A stretch of DNA of 63,382 bases, counting the filler, from Stramenopiles sp. TOSAG23-3 (lineage: Eukaryota): the NCBI GenBank assembly GCA_900128585.1. It is 23 parts of 23 records of this genome, joined end to end, with 100 filler letters (N's around TTAATTAATTAA, not from the genome) between each part and the next. Parts side by side here need not be neighbours in the genome. Positions count along the whole stretch, not along the records: positions 30,466 to 33,123 come from LT644663.1; positions 33,224 to 35,879 come from LT644664.1; positions 35,980 to 38,635 come from LT644665.1; positions 38,736 to 41,390 come from LT644666.1; positions 41,491 to 44,144 come from LT644667.1; 18 more parts are not named here. One strand, 5' to 3'. The notes below the pieces were generated by a model that was given only the letters and a program-made list of their open reading frames with translations, did not search any database and was not told where the DNA came from. Both the position numbers and the translations under genes were made by a program. How positions within the stretch are numbered: position 1 is the first letter of the stretch; every line of letters starts with the position of its first letter. Below, one piece after another: positions 31,481 to 42,847 of this stretch.

Positions 31481-33123
31481 TAAATCAAGAAAATTGGCTG
31501 TTATTTTAAGTAATTAAAATTAATGTACTGCGAACTGAACTCTAACTTTAGGCATTCGAGGTTTACATTCCTTTTTCATGTACTGCGAACTTATCGTTGC
31601 TCTTGTGGTTTTACTAATCGATATACCCTTGTCACTTAGTCTTGGCTATCATTCTCAGGTGTACTCCATGAATGATCTGAATCGGTAGATGGATTAGCAA
31701 TGCTTCCAAATGACCCATAATCAACTTCCTCGTCCAGTGTCTCACTCATAGATGACTCATTCCCTGTGTGATTTTCAATGCAGCGGCGTAAATGCTTTAG
31801 ACGTGCTCGTTGTCTGCCTTGTAAATCGGTCAAAGGATTGTCATTTGTGAATTGGGATGTCGGGGGGGTCGTTTGCGTCAGTTTCAGTCTGCACTGCGAT
31901 GGTTATGGCTCGTTGGCGTGTCAGTTGGAGTCTCGTCTTGCTGGCGATGCTCTGGTTCCCTTCTTCTGAGGATTGTATCTCTGTGTCTTCATCCAAGGAT
32001 GGCACTACTAGGTTGAGACAATGCTGAGTTGCTCACTACTGGATTGTGATGAGGGTTGGAATAAAGTGTCAATCCCGGAGGCCGTGTCATCACTATCGGG
32101 ATCATCGCTATTGGAATGCTCGTCCCCCGAGAATTGCGTTTCTGCTTCATCCTCCTAGTCCGAGCTGTCCAGATCCAGGATTCGGGCCGGGATTTGGGGG
32201 TGTCTGGTAGGGGGCACGATGTTGACTGCTTCGGTGGCATAGTCCATTCGCAGGGCCGTTGGGATATAGGCAAGGAATATCCGGAGCCCTGATGCTATAT
32301 ACTTAGCGACCCCATTTAAGATGTTCCGCTGGAAGATTCGCATCTGCCAATCCATCCATCTCTGGCGTGCTGCTAGGTAGCTGAGGCTTCCACCGGTGAG
32401 CGGGGTGGGGAACTTTATTTCCGCGAGACGGTTGATGAGGTCTTGGGCCCCCTTCGAGAAGGCTCCGCTGAGGCTCATCCCAAAGAGTGCTATTTTGGGG
32501 GCGCCGTTGTTGGCAGGGTCCAGGTGGTTCAGGATGTTCAGCGCTTCGGTGTTGCCTTGGTTTTCTCTGAAATCATTCCATGCTTGTATGTATTTTAAAC
32601 CTTTGGTTCGTTCGTTGGTCTGTAACTGAGTGTATTTTCCCTGACAGAAATGGACGTCCCAGTGCTCGGCGTGGAGGTCCCGTTCGCTCCAGATGTTGAG
32701 AAGGGCGTGGAATGCGTTCTTTCGTTCCTCCAGGCTGTTCGGGTTTAGGTTGGGGTTGGGCCCCTGGGCGCTGTTGTTGATCGGAATTAAGCCGCGGGGG
32801 AGGTGACCCCCATAAATTGTAAGGCCATCTGCTTGGTTTCCTTCACCGAATTTGGCGTGCTCATCGTTGTACTGCCCGAGTGTACGGGGGATGGATGTGA
32901 CCAGGTTCCCGATTGCCCTGGGGCGTTTGTCGTCATTTAAACATGCGAATGTTTGGCCTCTGATTATCATGGTACGTAGGGCATCTTTGTAGCGCACGTA
33001 AAGAGTGTCCTCCATGCGGTTGTGTGGGTAGAAGTGAAGGCCGTGTGATTTGCATCCAATAAAGTGTACATATCCGTTGAGGGGGCGACTACAGGGTTCT
33101 CCGTTCCTTTTGAGGCATGGGCA
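31481..33123 (-). mobile_element. CRE-like non-LTR retrotransposon, 3' portion (CCHC + restriction-like endonuclease + acidic tail + 3' UTR), degenerate
   Basis: The frame is open from the contig edge: CPCLKRNGEPCSRPLNGYVHFIGCKSHGLHFYPHNRMED (zinc knuckle), QADG...HWDVHF...ERTKGLKY (RLE core), FGMSLSGAFSKGAQDLINRLAE...LSYLAARQR...FQR. There is a premature TAG at 32155-32157 where the paralog has TCG. Confidence 0.75.
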
Positions 33124-33414
33124 NNNNNNNNNNNNNNNNNNNNNNNNNNNNNNNNNNNNNNNNNNNNTTAATTAATTAANNNNNNNNNNNNNNNNNNNNN
33201 NNNNNNNNNNNNNNNNNNNNNNNTAAATATACTCTAGAATCGTGAAACAATTCCAATGCTTTTTAAGTCTCTGAATGAAACCATTTCATTTATCACTTCC
33301 TTGGTATAACGAACACAGACAAAGAATAGAGAGTGCAACAAGAAGACACTGTGTACAAAAGTTTCCTCCTAAAGCAGTAAGCAATTTTGCTCTCGTAAAA
33401 TATTTAATCCCATC

Positions 33415-34332
33415 ATGAGGCGGCGGTTGTTGTCCACGATGCGGCTTGGTGAGTGTGTCACGCTTGAGCGGAAAGGTGGAACCGCAATTGTGTCTTTGAA
33501 CCGCCCCAAAAAATTGAATGCTTTGTCCCTTGACATGTTTCGGGGAATTAGGGATGCAGCAAAATCGTTAATTGAAAACGATACGCCGGGTAACAAAGAT
33601 GTGCGCTGCGTGATTCTTCGAGGGGAGGGGCGCGCGTTCTGTTCCGGGTTGGACGTGAAAAGCTTTGCAAAAGACCCAACGAAGGTTCAAGCGGCTATGG
33701 CCGAACTGTTAACACGCGAAGAAGGCGCGGCGGCAAACCTTGCGCAGGAAGTAGGGTATTTGTGGAGAAAGGTGCCGGTGCCAGTGGTTGCCGTGACTCA
33801 AGGGTACTGTTTCGGCGGCGGCTTGCAAATTGCGCTGGGGGCCGACCTTCGTTATAGCAGCCCGGACGCGACGTTTTCGATCATGGAAGCAAAATGGGGC
33901 TTGATACCGGACATGAGCGCTTCTGTGACGCTCCGGGAATTGATTGGGGTAGACCAAGCTAAGGAATTAACATTTACAGGTCGAATTATCCCTGCCGACG
34001 AGGCATCCCGCATAGGCTTAGTTACCCGCGTCTCCGATGATCCAATGTTGGAGGCGCTCAAATTTGCAAAGGAGGTAGAGACAAGGTCGCCTGACTGCAT
34101 TGCTGCTGCAAAAACCATGTTTAATAACAGTCACTCACTTAGCAAACTGGACTGTCTCGCCGAAGAGGAGCGCTTGCAACGGAAATTGTTACTTGGTTGG
34201 AATCAATTTTCTGCAGTAGCAAAGGGTATGGGTCTTCCAGACATGATTGTTCCTGGGTTTAAAGACCGAGACGATTGCTGGGAAGGAGAGTTGGCCGCTG
34301 ACCGGAACGAGTTGCAAGAGAAGAAGAATTAA
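33415..34332 (+). CDS. Enoyl-CoA hydratase/isomerase (crotonase) family protein
   Basis: LNRPKKLNAL, GEGRAFCSGLD, GYCFGGGLQIALGADLR, MEAKWGLIPDM. Confidence 0.93.
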   Translation: MRRRLLSTMRLGECVTLERKGGTAIVSLNRPKKLNALSLDMFRGIRDAAKSLIENDTPGNKDVRCVILRGEGRAFCSGLDVKSFAKDPTKVQAAMAELLTREEGAAANLAQEVGYLWRKVPVPVVAVTQGYCFGGGLQIALGADLRYSSPDATFSIMEAKWGLIPDMSASVTLRELIGVDQAKELTFTGRIIPADEASRIGLVTRVSDDPMLEALKFAKEVETRSPDCIAAAKTMFNNSHSLSKLDCLAEEERLQRKLLLGWNQFSAVAKGMGLPDMIVPGFKDRDDCWEGELAADRNELQEKKN

Positions 34333-34925
34333 AAAAAAAAAAACGAGACGAGAAAAGACACATTTGTTATTTATATCCCGATTCCCGATAGATGATTGCC
34401 TGGACATTTACGACTTTAATAGAAGAAGATGCAAAATAAAATACATTCATTCCTTATTTAATACCAATACCTTGGTATAATACAGGTATATACCAAGGTG
34501 CCCGTACCAGATACCAGGTATAATACGTAAGTACCGTACATCATGAAAACAAAAAAATTAACTATTATATTATTAATATTGTAAAAGAATTAATTGCCTA
34601 TTAATATTTATACTTATAATACTTTTTTTGAAAAAAAAAAACAAACGAGAAACGACGAGAAGAAGAACAATGTTTAATTAATTTTATATAGTAAGAAGAA
34701 GTCTATGATTAAAATGAAACAAAAGACAAATGAAAAACAATTAACGAACGAAACAAGCAAGCAAGGAAACTGCACTGCACCTTTATGGTTCGCTAAAAAA
34801 CCTATACACATAGATATACCTGTGTGCTCCATATAACACCCACGTGCGCGCATACCGTTTATACCCTTTTCACGATAGGGGGACTGTAATAATACCGTTT
34901 TCAAACCTAACCTCAAGAGCAAACC

Positions 34926-35879
34926 ATGTCTGCGTTGTCCTCGGAGACGAGGAAAAAGGCCGAGAATACGAAGAAGTACTTTGAAGACAAGTTCGCGAGC
35001 ATGAAAGCTAGCCGTGAGGCGAACCGGAGGCGGACGAGAGAGTTGGAAGTAAAAATGGCGTCAATGAACCTTACCGAGGAGGGAAAGAAGAAGATGAGGT
35101 TGGAGCTGAAGGCGAAGATGTTGCAGGAGAAGAAGCAAGCGCAGCGGCGGCTTGGGGTGCAGGACTTCGACTCGTTGGCCATTATTGGAAAGGGCGCGTT
35201 CGGGGAAGTACGCTTAGTCCGGGAGAAGAAGTCGGGGGAAATTTATGCCTTGAAGTCAATGGTGATGCAAGCAATGAAAGTGAAGAACCAGATAGACCAT
35301 GTGCGGGCAGAGCAGAATATTCTCGCCGCCGCCAACAGCGATTGGATAGTCAAGCTACAGTACTCGTTCAAAGACGACGTGAATCTGTACCTTGTCATGG
35401 AGTACATGGCCGGGGGCGACTTGATGGCGTTGCTGATAAAGGAGGACATTCTAGACGAGTCCGCAGTCCAGTTTTACGCGGTAGAAGCATGCCTGGCCGT
35501 CCAGTGCGTCCACGAGTTAGGGTACGTGCACCGGGACTTGAAACCAGACAACATCCTGATTGACCACCACGGGCATTTGAAGCTGACGGATTTGGGCCTG
35601 GCAAAGAAGCACCACCAAGTCATCGACGATAAGGAGACGTTTGCACAGTACGGAAGCGCTGGCCAAGACGAGGGGAGCGCAAAGCAGCGGGCGAGAAAAC
35701 AGGGGCATAGGTCTCGAAACCAACTCTTTTCCACGGTGGGAACGCCCGACTACATTGCCCCCGAAGTCCTGTCCGGCGAAGGGTACGGCCCCGAGTGCGA
35801 CTGGTGGTCGTTGGGGGTCATTTTTTACGAATGCTTGCTGGGCTACCCCCCGTTCTATAGCGAGCAGCCGATGAACACG
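34926..35879 (+). CDS. NDR/STK38 (Cbk1-like) AGC kinase, 3'-truncated
   Basis: N-terminal regulatory region, [32 protein letters not shown], activation-loop insert and [12 protein letters not shown]. Confidence 0.93.
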
Positions 35880-35979
35880 NNNNNNNNNNNNNNNNNNNNN
35901 NNNNNNNNNNNNNNNNNNNNNNNTTAATTAATTAANNNNNNNNNNNNNNNNNNNNNNNNNNNNNNNNNNNNNNNNNNNN

Positions 35980-38635
35980 GTTTTGGAACAATGTTGTATC
36001 TGCCAGCCAAACGGTTGCACCGTCAACATAAATAGCACCACCTCCTACAAGGGCGGTGTTCCCCACTATTGTTGCGTTTCGAAACTCCGAGGCTCCCGAA
36101 ACATAGACCCCGGCCCCTCTCCCGGCCGAGTTGCTCTGTATAACGATCCCCTTTGAAAATTTACAAACTGACCCAGCAGCACAAAAGCAGCCACCTCCAT
36201 AGGTGGTACCATCAGTTCCAACATTTGATACAAAGCGGCCACCTTCAACGTACAATTTAGTGCCCGAGCCAACGTATAACCCGCCACCTTTTCCACCGCT
36301 GACTACTGTGTTGCCTGTAATTACAATGCTCACCAAGGAAATCGATGTACCGGCCAGGAGGCGCCTGCTTCTTCTTCCGTTCGTTGAATTCGTTCCTCGT
36401 ACATACAATGCGCCGCCCATCTTGGCTTTGTTTCCATGAAACACGCAACCCGTTACACTTAAAGAGGCCCCTTGGTCAATGACTACTGCACCGCCGTTCG
36501 CGGCATCCCCAGACAGTTTGCTGACATCTGCGCCAGTCAAGTTGACATACTTCAGCCCCAAGCTTTTTCCGACACCAACTTCAAACAATCGATGACCCTC
36601 TCCTTGACTGACGAATTTGGTCAATTGTACGTTTTTATTTGACCCAGTGGGAGCGACGCCACTAATTTCAAGGTTTGCGGTGACTTTTATTGGAGCAGAA
36701 AGGCTGATATCTTCTTCTAATTCTGGAAACGTCCCACTTCCCCAAATGCACACCACCCCCGAATAATTCAGTTTCTTATTCGTGCAAAAGCCACCTGGTT
36801 TAAATTGCCCACACGGATCAGCATTGCAATTTTTTACACCATGGCCTGTGGAAGGGCCATTGTGAAGGAATGGCATGCCAGAGTTGTTCTTAATCCTACT
36901 GTTAACAAAGTAAAATACGGGAAACATGTTGCCGCTTCCTGCTTTACTGTAAACAGTACTACTGCCGTTGTTTCTAGTTACTGAGGTCCCAAGGACCTTT
37001 ATTGTGGCTCCATAAGCGGCAAATACGAAATCGCCAAAACCAGACGCTGCATTGGAATGCACAAATGAATCCACTAGCTGCAACAGGCTAGCATTCTGCG
37101 TTACAAACATCGCGGCTCCATTTGCAGCGATATTGTGCAAAAAATAAGAAGCTCGGACAGTCGCTGTAGATCCATTCATATAGAGCCCCGCGCCAGCAGT
37201 AGCTGCATTGTCCTGGAAGACACTAGAGTTGATTTCAGCTACCGAATCGTGTAACAATACGGCTCCACCGTTCACACCGCGATTTGACAAAAACGAACTA
37301 TTTTCAATTTGAACTACTGCCCCGAAACTTGCTATTGCACCTCCGTGCTCAGGGCTCCGACCTTTTGCAGTAGTCGTTTCAGTGTTCGTCGTGGTATATG
37401 TATGGTTCGTCGTGGTATTTGTATGGTTCGACGTGGCATTCGTATGGTTCGACGTGGCATTCGTATGGTTCGACGTGGCATTCGTATGGTTCGTCGACCC
37501 TGTATGGTTTGTCGTTGTCGTCGTCGGGGCTCTCGTCGTCGTTTCAGTATGGTGCGTCGTCGTAGCCACGTCTGTCGTCGTCGTTGCAATTTCATTGTTT
37601 GAGCTCCTTCCATATTCTAAAACAGTGTTGTCCATAAATACGGAATTAATAATACTTAGGGTGCCGCTGACTACAACAATACCCCCAGCATTTCGAGCTT
37701 GAGATTGTCCACCGCCGTGATGTCCACTTTGAAAATATCGTCCTACGATAATTAACCGACTTAACGTCAACGTAGTATTTTGTACGAAAAAATGACGTTT
37801 ATCTCCAGCCGCTACAAGACTTTTTCTTTCTCGGCTTCCTGTTAAACTCAAGGCACCATTTGGCGTCACCACATCCGCCAATTCACATGTAGAAGAAAGG
37901 TAGAACGTCCCATTTAATTGGGGGGACGTACAATTCCAGTCTGGCAAGACAAATTTTCTGGTGATAATGCTAGAGACAAAGCCAGCAGTGCTAGCGTTTG
38001 CGCACCCAACAGCTCTGTACAATGCGTCACCAGAAAACATAACGGCACCTCCGTTAGAAAGATAGACCCCTCGTTTACACGAGTTACCGTTATGGGAACA
38101 TACGGGGTCGAGGGGAGTGCCAGTAATAGAAGTCATCGTATAGCAAATACCAGTCGACTCTTTCGACGCAATAAAAAATGTAGACCCCAGAGGAATGCCG
38201 CCACCGTCAGGGTAAAAGGTGGGATTTTGGGCGGTGTACTCGAAGTAATAAGTCAGAAAAGTAACCGAAGAATGGGCATTCACGACCGCGGAGGTTCTGT
38301 CGATGCAACCAATGGCAGAAACCGTTTTGCAGCCCGAACAATGGCTGCCCGAACCTCCTGATGTCGCTGTGTTTGTAGGAGTGTGCGTGGAGGTGGTAGT
38401 TGATGGTGCTTGTGTTGTGGTGGTAGTTGATGGCGCTTGTGTTGTGGTTGTTGTCGTTGGTAAAACAAGTGTCCATATGCTGCCATTTTTCTCACCCGCT
38501 GCCAGCTTCGTCCCGTCTGCTGAGGAGGCAATACCCCGCCAACTTTTTGTCGCATTAACGGAGGTATCTACCGTCCAGTTCGCACCACTGTTGCTCGAGG
38601 TCCAGATGTTGCCTTCCCACACAACCGCCGCCAGC
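35980..38635 (-). CDS. Large secreted/surface protein with Pmp-like GGA repeats and Thr-rich stalks (internal fragment)
   Basis: Repeated FxxNxAxxGGA motifs, a WTSSNSGANW...SSADGTKL repeat, and poly-Thr and NHTNATS repeats. Open at both edges. Confidence 0.75.
37382..37520. repeat. 21-bp coding tandem repeat (NHTNATS)
   Basis: GTATGGTTCGACGTGGCATTC units read directly. Confidence 0.85.
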
Positions 38636-38735
38636 NNNNNNNNNNNNNNNNNNNNNNNNNNNNNNNNNNNNNNNNNNNNTTAATTAATTAANNNNNNNNN
38701 NNNNNNNNNNNNNNNNNNNNNNNNNNNNNNNNNNN

Positions 38736-39204
38736 ATTCACAAAATTTTGTTGCATCGTTCCAGCTTACTTGGACAACCGGGTGAGACAATCTGTCCTTT
38801 AAAACGTCCGACCCTTCCCCTTCTGGTTGTTTCCAGTTTGCACTCTGTACGGGCAGCCACCAATTAGCACCTGCGACGGACTGGTCTATGGAGGCCTTCG
38901 CTTCTTCTGACAGTAAGCCTTCAAAAACAAACGACCACCCAAACAGCTCGCTTTCCGTGACATAACCGGTTTCCTCAACAAAATCTTTGAACTCGCTATT
39001 GCTAACCTCGTACTTCATCATTTCAAACGCGTCCACATTGACGGTTCTACTCGGACTTTCCCCATCACCGTGCATTTTCGGCGCGTTTGTCCCCATCAAA
39101 AAATTGCCACCCGGGACACGCATCCATTCATTTTCCAGGGCCCCACAGCGGACTGTCGTAAAAGACACCGCCAAGACTGTGGCAACGAACGTGCACGATT
39201 GCAT
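38736..39204 (-). CDS. SUMF1: Formylglycine-generating enzyme (sulfatase-modifying factor 1), 3'-truncated
   Basis: Signal peptide, VPGGNFLMGT, DGESP, YEVSNSEF..FV..TGYVTESE.FGWSFVF, HPVVQVSWNDA. Confidence 0.9.
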
Positions 39205-39749
39205 TCTCTCACCTGCCAAATACTTCAGAAATGTTTCGGGTTGTGCCCGTGTTTTAAGTTCCAATTAAACATTTGTCATTTTTGAATTATGAGCCAATAG
39301 ACATATAAATGATAATCATTTACCGTCTTTCTTTGCTCTCTATATATTTCATTCGTCATCATGATCGATGTGATTATTAAATGTTTTATTTATATTATTA
39401 TTTTAAAATTATTAATTAATCATAATAAATAATATAATACACAACACCACCACTAATAATACACAACAAGAACAGAGAAAAGGAACAACAAATCTTCTTA
39501 ATAAATAAAAATAATAATAATAAATAAGCTCTTCTTCTAATAATTAAAATACTACTACTACACCATCAGACCATCAGATAAGATGTAGTGTGACATTAAT
39601 ACATTAGACGACTATATTTAGAGAACAATTCTCTACACCTATATATATAATACCACTATTTAATATACACTGAAGTATTTAAGTACGGAAATTATTATAT
39701 ATACATTATTTAGTCTGTTATGAAATGCGCATAAAGCTGTACACAGCAA

Positions 39750-41390
39750 CTACTTCCACTTCCGTTTCTGCTGTGAGTCAGCGACCCCTTTCGCATTCAA
39801 ATACTGCTGGTATTTTTCGAAATTTGCATGCTTCGCGCTTCCGCGCGTATTTTCTGCCCGGTCCTTTGTGTCGTATGCCCCATTGCTGGCCATCCTGCTC
39901 CCAAACCCCCAGAAACTTTTCTGCCGTGCCTCTTGGAGTTTCAATTCAGCCGCCCGCTGCTGCATAAGTAATCGGTGCTGCTCTTGCCGTAATTGCTGAA
40001 TGTTTGAAAATGTTAAGGTTTGTGCCCCTTGGGACCAAATGCTATCTTTGAGCAAATTCTTTTCGTGCGTCCGTCCGACGGTTGTCCTTTTGGGAAACTT
40101 GCCATTTTCTGGCGATGTTTGAAACGTTATTTGGCCGTCCAGCGTTGAGTAAAGGGCCGCGCGATCCGACACATTGTACAAACTACCATGGTCCTGTTCC
40201 AGGTGCAGTTGCTTTCGTGCACCACTCGCATTTTTCAAGCTCGACGACAGCACTGCCGATCCATTAACTGGCGACGAGGTGCTTTCCGGGAGCGTTTCGT
40301 AACGTCTCTGCTCAGCCAGTTTACCGTAATGATACCGTGGGCGCCATTCTGAATCTTTAACCCATGAGTCGTTCTTAATTTGCGTCGCGAAGTCCGGCTT
40401 CGATATCCGCCCAAGCTTCGAAATGGGGGATTCGCTCCCAGCGGTTGGATTTTCTCGTTCATTCCGGTACACGCCTCCAGACAGTGCATGGCGTCGTAGC
40501 GGACGAGGTGACACGACTGCAATGACATCTGTCCTAACCTCAAGTTTGAGAAGCATGCCAGGTAACAGCTCTGCGCTTGGGTCATTCCCGGACTCGCCAA
40601 ATAGCGCCATGTTAGCAGCGACAATTTTTTCGTGCATTAGATGGAACCGATTTGCGATCCCATTGAGTGTGTCGCCCTCTTTTGTTTCGTAGATGATTCC
40701 CACTAGTTCAGCCTTCATATCCTCCTCCTTGACCTCTTTGGGGTCCGCGTATTTGGGGGCTTCCAGGGATTTCCATGTTTTTGCTTGCAAATCCATCTTG
40801 AAAAGGCTTTCCCCGAGAGCTTCGAAAGATGAGTTGGTCCCCATGGGGGAAGGCCCGATGCCGTTTTCGGCAGGTGGTTCCAAACTATCTTCGCCGGGTT
40901 CCTCGTCCGAAGATGAAGATGAATCCGATTCGGGGTAATCGTCGGCCGTTCCTCCCGTCAACGCAGCCTCGGCCGAAGGGTCAGGCAAGTTCCATTCGTG
41001 TCCTTTGAAGGAATGGTGCTGCCGGATGTAGTTCATGAGTGCAGGTTGTAAAACTGACGGGCCATCGTACGCGGGCAAAACGCAGAACCTCTCCGACTCC
41101 AACATTCGGGGCCATGGCTCACCGGTGAGCGGGTTGATGCCCGTATTTGTATCCTTGCTCTCCCCGGGCGAAGAAACTCGTTGGCCCTGTGCAGTCGCGA
41201 ATGGAGCGGGGGCAATTTTCTTCGCCGGCGACCATTTGAAAACTGATTCCGGTTCCTCCTTTCTTTGGGGGCTTTGGGGTGGGGGGATCTCGGGAGGAGG
41301 CGACTGTCGTTTTGTTTCCAACTGCGCGCCACTTCTACCTTCTTTTGATTTCTTGTTCTTATTTAAAATTTCTAGTACCTCGGATGACTT
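39750..41390 (-). CDS. LysM-domain-containing low-complexity protein, 5'-truncated
   Basis: YETKEGDTLNGIANRF...IVAAN...LLPGMLLKL fits the LysM consensus. The frame is open to the contig edge. Confidence 0.7.
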   Translation of the reverse strand, partial: KSSEVLEILNKNKKSKEGRSGAQLETKRQSPPPEIPPPQSPQRKEEPESVFKWSPAKKIAPAPFATAQGQRVSSPGESKDTNTGINPLTGEPWPRMLESERFCVLPAYDGPSVLQPALMNYIRQHHSFKGHEWNLPDPSAEAALTGGTADDYPESDSSSSSDEEPGEDSLEPPAENGIGPSPMGTNSSFEALGESLFKMDLQAKTWKSLEAPKYADPKEVKEEDMKAELVGIIYETKEGDTLNGIANRFHLMHEKIVAANMALFGESGNDPSAELLPGMLLKLEVRTDVIAVVSPRPLRRHALSGGVYRNERENPTAGSESPISKLGRISKPDFATQIKNDSWVKDSEWRPRYHYGKLAEQRRYETLPESTSSPVNGSAVLSSSLKNASGARKQLHLEQDHGSLYNVSDRAALYSTLDGQITFQTSPENGKFPKRTTVGRTHEKNLLKDSIWSQGAQTLTFSNIQQLRQEQHRLLMQQRAAELKLQEARQKSFWGFGSRMASNGAYDTKDRAENTRGSAKHANFEKYQQYLNAKGVADSQQKRKWK

Positions 41391-41520
41391 NNNNNNNNNN
41401 NNNNNNNNNNNNNNNNNNNNNNNNNNNNNNNNNNTTAATTAATTAANNNNNNNNNNNNNNNNNNNNNNNNNNNNNNNNNNNNNNNNNNNNAAAAAAAGAG
41501 TTGTACGAATAGCGGCCACA

Positions 41521-42447
41521 ATGAATGAAAGTGTAAAACATGCGTTGTCTATCGTTACAAAATCGCAGCTACGGTTTGTGTCTTTGGTGAATACCAATAT
41601 TCGCTGCTCTTCGGTCTCCGAAACGGTGCAGGGTGTATCGGATGCTGGGGAGGAGCATTCATTAGTTCACCCAGTATATGCTGAGCTGCAGAAGCTGTAC
41701 TATATCTGCCTCGGGAAGCATTCTTTTTTTATTTTGGCTAGAAACATGGAGTCGAACGAAGAAAACGATGGATTTTTACTTAAATTGCCGTACAACATAC
41801 TGGATGGGATCGATGTCATGCCCGAGAATGTAGACTCAGAGCTCTTTGTCGTAAAATTAGCCTCAAAACCAGAAAACGCCCACTGGTGCCCGAGCCACAT
41901 TTACTTTCGGTCCCCGGCGAGGAAATTTTTAGTCGGGCAAATACAAATCTGCTGGAAGACAGATTACATGTTCCAGCATTTAAAAGTGGGGATATTTAAG
42001 CTGTCCGTCTGCAACGAGAACCTGCTGCAGCGAATGGTCGACGGGATGGCACACGTGTACTCGGAAGACAGGTTGCCAGATCAGTGGTCCCCTGCGAAAA
42101 ACGGCATCGCGGATTCAAACTTAAATGGAGGAAGCACGAGCTTCGTATCTCCCCACCCTAGCATGAGCCTGCTTAAAGTAAAGAGCTACGAGTTTTACGC
42201 CAACAAAGACTTTTCTGCTGAATCAAAACGAAACGAAAAACAAATATTTTTTCGCAACCGTGGAAAAAAATCAAACAATTTTCAAGGGGAGTATTTCTGG
42301 GTGAGAGCGTTGCCCCCCGTGGAAATGTCCGCCCCTCGCGCACCAGGGGAAGAGACCATCCAAAGCGTTGCGGACGGGGTTCTGAAATCAACCATCAACC
42401 CATACGTTCGAGATTATCGTATTATCGGCACTCCTCATCTTGGTTAG
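41521..42447 (+). CDS. Hypothetical protein, probably truncated at a chimeric junction
   Basis: 308-aa ORF that runs head-on into the dynein fragment. Confidence 0.55.
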   Translation: MNESVKHALSIVTKSQLRFVSLVNTNIRCSSVSETVQGVSDAGEEHSLVHPVYAELQKLYYICLGKHSFFILARNMESNEENDGFLLKLPYNILDGIDVMPENVDSELFVVKLASKPENAHWCPSHIYFRSPARKFLVGQIQICWKTDYMFQHLKVGIFKLSVCNENLLQRMVDGMAHVYSEDRLPDQWSPAKNGIADSNLNGGSTSFVSPHPSMSLLKVKSYEFYANKDFSAESKRNEKQIFFRNRGKKSNNFQGEYFWVRALPPVEMSAPRAPGEETIQSVADGVLKSTINPYVRDYRIIGTPHLG

Positions 42448-42847
42448 CGGGGTTTGTCAGTAACGGTACGTACACTTCTTGCAAGACTTTTTCCAAATTC
42501 AACAAAGACTCTGAAGACATCTCGCTGCATCGCAGTTCTTTCTGTACGTTGTTTTCATCAATCTTTGTTCCCGCAGATTTCATGAAGTACATCACACGGC
42601 CTTTTGCATTTTGGGGCATTGACGTGTACGCCTTTACGCTATCACCTGCAAAAAGTAAGACTTGAGTCTGTTCCGATTCTAGAAACTCTTTAATGATTTT
42701 TGCATTATCGTCAGATTCAAATCCTTTGGTAAATTTATCTGGCTTTAAATGCTTAAATGCCCTAGAGCATCGATTTCTAATAAAATCCATGACATCGTTC
42801 GAAGAGGACTTTTCTTCTTTAGTCTCGCCTGATGTTTTGCTAGACAT
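42430..42847 (-). CDS. Axonemal dynein heavy chain N-terminus (fragment)
   Basis: IKEFLE...VMYFMKS...LLNLEKVLQEVYVPLLTNPANQ resembles outer-arm beta-type DHC N-termini. It ends abruptly after about 140 aa. Confidence 0.7.
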
